From IMG/VR virus record IMGVR_UViG_3300044615_001997: a stretch of DNA of 64,000 bases, one strand, 5' to 3'. The notes below the pieces were generated by a model. It ran no database searches, was not told the DNA's origin, and worked only from the letters and a program-made list of their open reading frames with translations. The DNA is from a virus. Positions within the stretch are counted from its first letter, which is position 1. Every line of letters starts with the position of its first letter. A program made the translations under genes and the position numbers. Below, piece by piece: positions 24,013 to 31,286 of this stretch.

Positions 24013-25380
24013 TTAGGGCTGTGTTCTATATCCAAAAGTAGCTGCGTTTCCTCCACGCTGAATTTCAGGAATGCTGTTCGCTCCTACACCTTTAGGATCA
24101 CTCCAACTGTTTATCAAGCCAGGAAGCATCTTGTATCCTGCCACGCCACCCAAAGCAGGAAGTAGCCATGAAAGCGGACCCTGTAGACCCATCTCACGAC
24201 CTATAATAGATGCCAGCAAGGCTCCACCTATTCCGCCTGCCCAGTTGTTGCTCATGAATGGTAGAACACGATTTCTATCTTGTGGTAACCCTGTTGGGTC
24301 GGTTTGTGGTGCCCCGCCTCCCAAGAGTTTAGATGCACCGTACAAACCTCCTGCGGCAAGTGCAGTTCCGCCTGTTCCTAATGTTCCAGTAGCTAGTCCA
24401 CCAGCACCACCCAGAAGGCCGCCAACAGGTCCGCCAATCATAGTACCTAGACCAGCCCCAATCAATCCACGACCCAGCCCACGACCAGGAGTGAATCGCA
24501 CATGTCCAGTCCCGCCAGTAGCCAGTGGCTTCATTGAGTTAGGGGACTTTATTCCCATAGCGGCTTGTGCCTTGGCCTGTTCCATGGCGTTTGCACTCAC
24601 AGCACCAGGAACCATGTTCTTGTTTCCTGGACGTAAATTCTTGAATCTCTCCATCTCCTTCATTGTCCCGGGAGTCACACCGCCAGCCTGACGACTCTCC
24701 TGCACCATGCTTTTTGCTGTTTGGTTAAACTTGTCCTGGAACGCACGTGTGTTCACGTTGGTGGCTTGACGCCCCATTGCCCGCTCACCACTCCTTGTCA
24801 GCATTTCTCCTACACCACCAAACGGTGTTTTTTCACTCAGTAAATTTCCCAACCCCATTCTCAAGCTCCCACGATGGACTTGATCCAGTGCTTTACCTGA
24901 GGTGGGAAGTCCTGGTGCCACGCCACGTATCATCTTGTTCACGGCCTTGTCGGCAGTCATCAAGTTCTGTGGACCTGCACCGAAGAATCCACGACCTTTA
25001 GCCACCCCTTCCAGTATAGGCTGCTTCAATCCACGCATCCCCATGTTGAGTGTGCTCATCAACCCGCCTCCAGCTAGTCGAGCCAGTGGGTTTGCCACTT
25101 TCTCCAGACCCTCCATGTACTGTGAGAGAATCTCTTCTGACTCCTTGAAAAATCCCTCGATAACAGCTTCTTCTACTCCCTCCTGGAGCATAGCCTCCTT
25201 CAGTCCACGACGAAATTCCTGACTCTCCTTCTGGGCTTCCTCTATAAACTGGTGCATGCTCCATTTCTCCATTCCTACTTTCTGGAGCCATTCCCTCTCC
25301 GCAGACAGTTTGAGCAGTGGACTCTCGCTCCCTGCCAGCTCGTCTCCCACACCGATTAAAAAGTCTTCTTGGTTTTTCAT
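24013..25380 (-). CDS. Gly-rich putative internal virion or ejection protein
   Basis: Probable ATG 25380 with GAGGA SD; YMEGLEKVA; long GxxxG arrays (GAGLGTMIGGPVGGLLGGAGG). Confidence 0.7.
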   Translation of the reverse strand: MKNQEDFLIGVGDELAGSESPLLKLSAEREWLQKVGMEKWSMHQFIEEAQKESQEFRRGLKEAMLQEGVEEAVIEGFFKESEEILSQYMEGLEKVANPLARLAGGGLMSTLNMGMRGLKQPILEGVAKGRGFFGAGPQNLMTADKAVNKMIRGVAPGLPTSGKALDQVHRGSLRMGLGNLLSEKTPFGGVGEMLTRSGERAMGRQATNVNTRAFQDKFNQTAKSMVQESRQAGGVTPGTMKEMERFKNLRPGNKNMVPGAVSANAMEQAKAQAAMGIKSPNSMKPLATGGTGHVRFTPGRGLGRGLIGAGLGTMIGGPVGGLLGGAGGLATGTLGTGGTALAAGGLYGASKLLGGGAPQTDPTGLPQDRNRVLPFMSNNWAGGIGGALLASIIGREMGLQGPLSWLLPALGGVAGYKMLPGLINSWSDPKGVGANSIPEIQRGGNAATFGYRTQP

Positions 25381-26323
25381 AAATATAGTTATCCTCAAGT
25401 ATTTTATTCCCTTCCCCAACTGAAGGCAAGCTGACATTTTTCACTGCCCCAGAACGAAAACCCAGCTCGCCAACACGCTTTACACCATTGAATACCCAAC
25501 GAGCATTCTCTACCCAGTCCCAGGCCTTTTGATTCAGCTTCTTGAGAGGTACAACACCAACCTCACGACTGTAGGCTTTAATGGGAGTATAGACAGCATA
25601 GAGATACCTCACCAAGTTCTTGATATTTCTCACTCTACCGCCACCCATAACATCCTCTGTAGTGAATACCTGGTTGAATCTCTCGATGGGATCCTCGCCA
25701 CGATAGAAGTATATAACATGGGTATGAGGGTAGTAGATGTCGTCACCCAGAGATGCCACACTCAATTCATGACTATATAAAACCTTGATCTTCCCGTTAC
25801 GAGTAATGCGCTTCAACCCCTTAACAGTAGCCCCCCAGAAGCGGTAACAGTTCTCGGTCCAATCACCCTCACTAACATCTATATATCCATTACTAACCAC
25901 ACATGTAGAAGCCCGCCAACCAGAGGCTAATAAATCTGGTATTGCACGACCAGCACTCCTACTCCAAAACTTACTTTTACATTGCTGGGCAGTTTTAGGG
26001 TTAGTGATCCTGCAATATTTACTGCGATGAGACCATTCATCACGATTAACATTACCCTCTACAATACCAAACTCCTCACTGGAGCGTGTGGCAAGAAGCA
26101 TAAGGAGAAAAGTAAGCTCATCACGTTCCTTACACCCAGAGGATACATCTTTACTGTCACTATTTAAAATTTCTCTCAAGCGGTTCTTTGTCCCGAGTTC
26201 TTCTAGGGGAAGTTCACGACTCTTCATCAATACTTGTAGAGGGTCTGTGAAATCCATCTCATAACGAGCATCATAGCGACCTATCTGAGGGAGTTTAAAT
26301 TCTTCCATAGGGTGTGTGACCAT
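24998..26323 (-). CDS. HUH endonuclease, rolling-circle Rep_1-like
   Basis: YSHELSV...YYPHTHVIYF (HUH), NLVRYLY (motif III-like), FNGVKRVGELG; probable ATG 26323. Confidence 0.6.
   Translation of the reverse strand: MVTHPMEEFKLPQIGRYDARYEMDFTDPLQVLMKSRELPLEELGTKNRLREILNSDSKDVSSGCKERDELTFLLMLLATRSSEEFGIVEGNVNRDEWSHRSKYCRITNPKTAQQCKSKFWSRSAGRAIPDLLASGWRASTCVVSNGYIDVSEGDWTENCYRFWGATVKGLKRITRNGKIKVLYSHELSVASLGDDIYYPHTHVIYFYRGEDPIERFNQVFTTEDVMGGGRVRNIKNLVRYLYAVYTPIKAYSREVGVVPLKKLNQKAWDWVENARWVFNGVKRVGELGFRSGAVKNVSLPSVGEGNKILEDNYIYEKPRRLFNRCGRRAGRERESTAQTVCGEGMAPESRNGEMEHAPVYRGSPEGESGISSWTEGGYAPGGSRRSCYRGIFQGVRRDSLTVHGGSGESGKPTGSTSWRRVDEHTQHGDAWIEAAYTGRGG
25400..25429 (-). promoter_or_regulatory. 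sigma70-like promoter TTGCCT-17-TAAAAT
   Basis: Canonical spacing upstream of ATG 25380; lies inside the HUH ORF. Confidence 0.6.
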
Positions 26324-26331
26324 ACTTGATG

Positions 26332-26360
26332 AAGATACTTTCATTCTGTGGGTGTGTCAA
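26332..26360 (-). promoter_or_regulatory. sigma70-like promoter TTGACA-17-TATCTT, probably leaderless
   Basis: Perfect -35 box; ATG 26323 lies 8 nt after the -10 box. Confidence 0.65.
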
Positions 26361-26430
26361 TGGAGAGAGTGCGTGCTATGAGAGTGGAAACATAGATTAT
26401 ACTCAAGAGGCGGTGCACGGGTCTTTTTAT

Positions 26431-26459
26431 TTGCTTATTTACAGCTTCAGGAGTATGCT
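26431..26459 (+). promoter_or_regulatory. sigma70-like promoter TTGCTT-17-TATGCT, leaderless
   Basis: ATG 26466 lies 6 nt after the -10 box; divergent from the leftward promoter. Confidence 0.6.
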
Positions 26460-26465
26460 ATCGAG

Positions 26466-26783
26466 ATGAGCGGACATAAGTATAAAGAAATGAGGAAAAT
26501 CGATTCTGTCACTATACGTGGCAGACGTTATAAATTTCTCGTTAAGAAGAACTTAATAAAACGTGAAGAAGCCCATGGGTTAACCGATCCACCCAACAAG
26601 AAGGGTAAAGCTGTAATGATTGACCCTGACCAGAGTCCTAAAGAGTTATTAGCCACCTTGATAGACGAATTTATACATTGCGGCTTGTGGGAACTTGATA
26701 ACCAAGTCGTAGATGAAGTGTCGGATGACTTAGCCCATGCATTGTGGCGTTGCGGCTTGCGATTTGTTGACGAAGAAGAATAA
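26466..26783 (+). CDS. zincin-like protein with degenerate DExxH motif
   Basis: ATLIDEFIHCGLW. Confidence 0.6.
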   Translation: MSGHKYKEMRKIDSVTIRGRRYKFLVKKNLIKREEAHGLTDPPNKKGKAVMIDPDQSPKELLATLIDEFIHCGLWELDNQVVDEVSDDLAHALWRCGLRFVDEEE

Positions 26784-26801
26784 TGCCTATAAAATATTTG
26801 T

Positions 26802-27089
26802 ATGAATGAACAACCCGACAAAAACGGCATCTCTACATTAGGTTCCGCCGCAAAAGCCCTACTCTCAAAAGCAGCAGCTACGGTTTTTAATCCTGCGCTT
26901 ACCCAGTCCCAACCTAAACCTCAAAGTTTAAGTAGCCTAATTCAAGGAATCAAACCTCCTGACTTTTCGAATAGGCCCATACCTACAAATTTATCAAAAT
27001 TAAATACAACAAGTTATAAGCCCTCAATACCCACAATTAACTTACCAGACTTTAAAAGTATTATTCCATCATTTAAATTTGATAAATAA
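26802..27089 (+). CDS. Pro/Ser-rich low-complexity protein
   Basis: In-strand ORF filling the gap. Confidence 0.5.
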   Translation: MNEQPDKNGISTLGSAAKALLSKAAATVFNPALTQSQPKPQSLSSLIQGIKPPDFSNRPIPTNLSKLNTTSYKPSIPTINLPDFKSIIPSFKFDK

Positions 27090-27124
27090 TAGATTTTGTA
27101 TAGCTCTGTGCTACAATAGCCCTA

Positions 27125-30112
27125 ATGGCTAAAAAAGAAAAATATGTTTTAATGCAGGGAAAGTTGAGGCGCGTCGCCGCCACAACTCGTGTAGACTACC
27201 GCATACCTAGCACCACAGACTTTTTTAGTCCTGTGACTAACCTTATTCCTAACCTAGGTTCGGTGTCAGGAGCCCGTGTTTTGATTGGTGATAAAAGCAG
27301 TTTGCAGGCAATGACACTTGTTAATCGCGAAGCTCCGTTAGTGCAAGCATCAGCAGATAAAAAAACAAAGAGCTTTATCGAAGAATTTGGCGAAAAACTA
27401 GTGAGTATAAAAGCCACTGTTGCAGGTAAAGTAACAAGTATAACTCCAGTTGAAATTAAAATAAAGGGAGTCGGAGGAATTACCACCATACCACTTTATG
27501 AAAACTATTTAGTGGGGAGAGAAAGCTATATTCATCACAGACCTGTAGTGAGTGTGGGAGATAGTGTGAAAGTAGGAGATCTTCTAGCTACTTCAAATTA
27601 CTCCGACAGTAAAGGTAATTTGGCTCTTGGCATGAATTTAAAAACTGCTGTGATGCCGTTTCGTTCTTATAACTTCGAAGATGCTCTCGTGATTTCCGAA
27701 GACGCAGCCAAGAAGTTGGAAGGGGAGCAATTAATTCCGCTACGTTTAGAGGTAGGTCGAGGCATTGAAACAGATAAAAACAAATTTATATCCCTATTCC
27801 CAAACCGCTACTATAACGACCAGTTATCAAAGTTAGACTCTGATGGTGTTATTAAACGTGGCATGCGCGTTAAAACAGGTGATCCGCTGGTGCTGGCCTT
27901 TCAACCCAAAACACTTAAATCTCTAGAACTTCAATTAGGAAAACTTTCTCGAGCTTTAAAGAATGCCTATACAGATATTTCTAAAGAGTGGGAGTACGAA
28001 CATGACGGTGAAGTTGTGGACGTAGCTAACACTGGAAAATTAATAACTGTCACCATTAAAACTACCCGCCCCATGGCGCAGGGCGACAAGCTGTCTAATC
28101 CTTTCGGTGCCAAGGGAGTCGTGAGAATTGTGTCTAATAGTGAAATGCCTCAAGATGAAAACGGTAAACCTGTAGACGTTATATTAAACTCAATGAGTGT
28201 TACATCGCGTGTTGCTCCAGGGTTAATAACTACTATGGCAATGGGTAAGCTAGCTGAAAAAAAGAACAAGTCTTTAAAATTAACTCCCTTTGTTTCAGGA
28301 TCGTCAGTTGAACAGACCATTAAAGCTTTAGATAAAGAAGGAATAAAAGATACAGAAAAGCTATATGACCCAGCTACTGGAAAATACATCGAGGTATTTA
28401 CAGGGCCTTCGTATTACACAAGACTACATCATATAGCCGAAGATAAAATTTCATCACGGTCTGCAGGCACAACATACGATATAAACATGCAGCCCTCTAA
28501 AGCTGGGACAGAGGAGAAAAGCAAACGTTTAGGTAATTTAGCTACGACAGTAGCTCTTTCCAATGACGCTAAAGCTGTTTTGAGAGATGTGGCAGTAATA
28601 CGCAGTACAAAAAACGACGATTTCTGGACAGCTATTAAATTGGGGCTAACACCACCACCACCTAAAGTTCCTTTTATATTTAACAAGTTTATTTCTCATT
28701 TAGAGGGTGCGGGTGTGACTGTACATCAAGATGGACCTAAATTTAATATTCTGCCACAAATAGATAAAGACATTGAAAAACTTTCTCAGGGAGAGATTAA
28801 AATTCCTCTCACATATAAATTACGTGGAGGAGATTTAGTTCCTGAGGATGGAGGATTGTTTGATCCTGTTAATACCGGCATTTATGGAGATGCTTATAAT
28901 CACTTAAATCTTTCTTTTAAAATTCCCAATCCTGTGTCTGAAGAACCGCTGAGAAAGTTGCTAGGACTGACAAAAGCAAAGTATGAAGACTTAGTTATTA
29001 CTGGAGGATTAGAACAGAAGTTAAAAGGTATAGATCTAGATAAAAAAATTGAGGAGTTTAAAGGATATATAAAATCTAATAGAAAAACAGGAAGAGATGA
29101 CGCAATAAAAGTTTTAAACTTTTTATTGATGTTGAAGAAAAACAATATGACTCCTTCGAGCTTGATTCTTTCTAAGGTCCCTATTATTCCGGCACAATAT
29201 CGACCAATCATGGCTCAAGGCAATCAAGTCATGTCGGCGGATGTTAATGAGTTGTATAAAGATTTAATGTTGGTTAATAAATCTTTGGGAGATATTCCTG
29301 AAGAAACTCCCGAGGAGTTAATGAGTGCAGCTAGAAAACAACTTTATGACGGTGTTAAAGCTGTCTATGGTTTGGGAGAACCGATTTCCATTAGAAGCAA
29401 AGAGAAGAAGTTTAAAGGTCTTTTAGCCACAACGCTAGGTACTATGGGAGGTAGCGCAAAAGAGTCCATGTTTCAAGCCAAGGTTGTGAATAAGCCTATA
29501 GATCTTGTAGGTAGAGGTGTATTAATTCCAGATGGAAATTTAAATCTTAACGAAGCCTCTATACCTCAAGCAATACTGTGGAATGTCTATACTCCATTTA
29601 TAATGCGTCGTTTAGTTCGCCAAGGAATACAGGCAACTAAAGCTAGAGAATATGTACAAAATAAACATCCTCTAGCTAGTCAAGCCCTACAGGAAGAGTT
29701 AAAAGATAGGCCCGGCATAGTTACTCGTGACCCACAATTAAGTAAATATAATTTTCAAGGGTTTTATTTAAAGCCTAACGCTGATCCAAAAGATTTTTCT
29801 ATTAAGTTAAACCCTCTTGTATTTAAAGGTTATGGGGCAGATTCTGATGGAGATCAATTAAACGTCCAAATTCCGGCTTCAGATGACGCAAAAGAAGAAA
29901 TAAAAGAAAAGTTATTGCCGGAAAAAAACTTAATTTATCACAGAACTTTTTCACCTATATTCACACCTTCTAATGAAGCTGCTGTGGGGTTGTTCGCAGC
30001 TTCTTATGAAGATAATAAAAACAAGGCTATAAAATATGGTAATGTTGCGGAAATTGTGAGAGATTTTAAAGCAGGTAAACTTGACGTAGGGGATAGAGTT
30101 GAATTACCTTAA
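27125..30112 (+). CDS. rpoBC: RNA polymerase fusion: beta C-terminal half plus beta-prime N-terminal half (catalytic subunit)
   Basis: beta: SYNFEDA, GDKLSNPFGAKGVV, SVTSRV, RLHHIAEDK; beta-prime: PEDGGLFDP, IPAQYRP, KPIDLVGRGVL, TRDPQL, GADSDGDQ. Confidence 0.93.
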   Translation: MAKKEKYVLMQGKLRRVAATTRVDYRIPSTTDFFSPVTNLIPNLGSVSGARVLIGDKSSLQAMTLVNREAPLVQASADKKTKSFIEEFGEKLVSIKATVAGKVTSITPVEIKIKGVGGITTIPLYENYLVGRESYIHHRPVVSVGDSVKVGDLLATSNYSDSKGNLALGMNLKTAVMPFRSYNFEDALVISEDAAKKLEGEQLIPLRLEVGRGIETDKNKFISLFPNRYYNDQLSKLDSDGVIKRGMRVKTGDPLVLAFQPKTLKSLELQLGKLSRALKNAYTDISKEWEYEHDGEVVDVANTGKLITVTIKTTRPMAQGDKLSNPFGAKGVVRIVSNSEMPQDENGKPVDVILNSMSVTSRVAPGLITTMAMGKLAEKKNKSLKLTPFVSGSSVEQTIKALDKEGIKDTEKLYDPATGKYIEVFTGPSYYTRLHHIAEDKISSRSAGTTYDINMQPSKAGTEEKSKRLGNLATTVALSNDAKAVLRDVAVIRSTKNDDFWTAIKLGLTPPPPKVPFIFNKFISHLEGAGVTVHQDGPKFNILPQIDKDIEKLSQGEIKIPLTYKLRGGDLVPEDGGLFDPVNTGIYGDAYNHLNLSFKIPNPVSEEPLRKLLGLTKAKYEDLVITGGLEQKLKGIDLDKKIEEFKGYIKSNRKTGRDDAIKVLNFLLMLKKNNMTPSSLILSKVPIIPAQYRPIMAQGNQVMSADVNELYKDLMLVNKSLGDIPEETPEELMSAARKQLYDGVKAVYGLGEPISIRSKEKKFKGLLATTLGTMGGSAKESMFQAKVVNKPIDLVGRGVLIPDGNLNLNEASIPQAILWNVYTPFIMRRLVRQGIQATKAREYVQNKHPLASQALQEELKDRPGIVTRDPQLSKYNFQGFYLKPNADPKDFSIKLNPLVFKGYGADSDGDQLNVQIPASDDAKEEIKEKLLPEKNLIYHRTFSPIFTPSNEAAVGLFAASYEDNKNKAIKYGNVAEIVRDFKAGKLDVGDRVELP

Positions 30113-30142
30113 TGCTTTATTATTTAAACTTTTCATGCTACC

Positions 30143-30343
30143 ATGATCGATGAAAACATATGGTTCAGTTTAACTGACGAACAAAAGTTAAATGAGCTAG
30201 AAGCTTATCTCACCGAGTATAGACTATTAGACTCTGGAGAGCATGAGCTCTCAAAAACACGAGAAGCGGGAAAAATAAAACTTTTAAAATCTGAACTTAA
30301 AACTAAAATAAATAAAATTATAGATTTGGAGCACATCAAATGA
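30143..30343 (+). CDS. hypothetical protein
   Basis: ATGA coupled to next gene. Confidence 0.55.
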   Translation: MIDENIWFSLTDEQKLNELEAYLTEYRLLDSGEHELSKTREAGKIKLLKSELKTKINKIIDLEHIK

Positions 30344-30954
30344 ACATTCAAGAACTCATCACTTCGTATAACTCTCTAGTTAAAGAGGCGTTTATACCTA
30401 ATCCTGAACAGCAAGGCCAGGAAGGTCAATTAGAGCAGGCTTATCAACAACTATCTCAACTGCTCTCAGGAATGCCTCCAGAGGTTCAGGGGCAGATTGA
30501 GCCCATGCTTCAACAGTTACAACAGCTGCCACCTACAGACCAATTAAGTCAAATTAGTGGACTGATACAGCAGCTGAGTCAGGGAGGCGCACAACAAGAG
30601 CAACCACAAGAACAAGCCCAACCACAAGAAGAGCAGAGTGGGATGGTTCCTGAAGGTGGCCATGTGAACGCTGAAAACAGTTTAGACAATACAAAAGTAA
30701 CTCTCTCAGTTAGAGAGTTGTTAGATCTTTCAAGCGGCGGTAAGGCTACTCAAAGTTTACTTAAAGTTAAACAAATGGCAGAAACACATAATAAAAAAAT
30801 GGAAGCTGTACAGCAACAAGCAGAGCAAGAGCAAGTTACTCAACAGCAGCAACAGCAACAACAAGAGGCTATGGGTCAGGGAGGAATTTATTCTCAACCT
30901 ATGAATGCTAAGCCAGGTCAACCTGCACAACCTGCACCTACCCCTGCAATGTAA
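30340..30954 (+). CDS. Gln-rich putative virion protein
   Basis: LVKEA then Q/P-rich tracts. Confidence 0.65.
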   Translation: MNIQELITSYNSLVKEAFIPNPEQQGQEGQLEQAYQQLSQLLSGMPPEVQGQIEPMLQQLQQLPPTDQLSQISGLIQQLSQGGAQQEQPQEQAQPQEEQSGMVPEGGHVNAENSLDNTKVTLSVRELLDLSSGGKATQSLLKVKQMAETHNKKMEAVQQQAEQEQVTQQQQQQQQEAMGQGGIYSQPMNAKPGQPAQPAPTPAM

Positions 30955-30955
30955 T

Positions 30956-31285
30956 ATGACATCTTTGGAAAAAGTCAGTACTTATTTAGCTGCGTTTCAA
31001 CCAGGCGACGCTAATTACGATTTTGCCTGTTTTATAAAAGAAAAATTAGCTCAAGCTGGTGTAGGTTATGGTTTTGGAGACACACCTATTCACGAAGAAG
31101 AAAATAACGATGCTCAAGAGGTAGAAACTGCAGGACTTGACAAAACCGAAGAAAATCTAGAAGGTAAAATTATGGAGCCAGCTTTTCAAGATTTAGAGGC
31201 TTTAAACCAGATAGATAAAGAAAAACAAGAAGTTAAAACTGCTCAAACCATAAAAGCTTTTTTGGATAAGTTAAGGAGTCTTTAA
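30956..31285 (+). CDS. acidic putative virion protein
   Basis: Probable ATG 30956; EKVS, EKLA, VKTA. Confidence 0.6.
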   Translation: MTSLEKVSTYLAAFQPGDANYDFACFIKEKLAQAGVGYGFGDTPIHEEENNDAQEVETAGLDKTEENLEGKIMEPAFQDLEALNQIDKEKQEVKTAQTIKAFLDKLRSL

Positions 31286-31286
31286 C

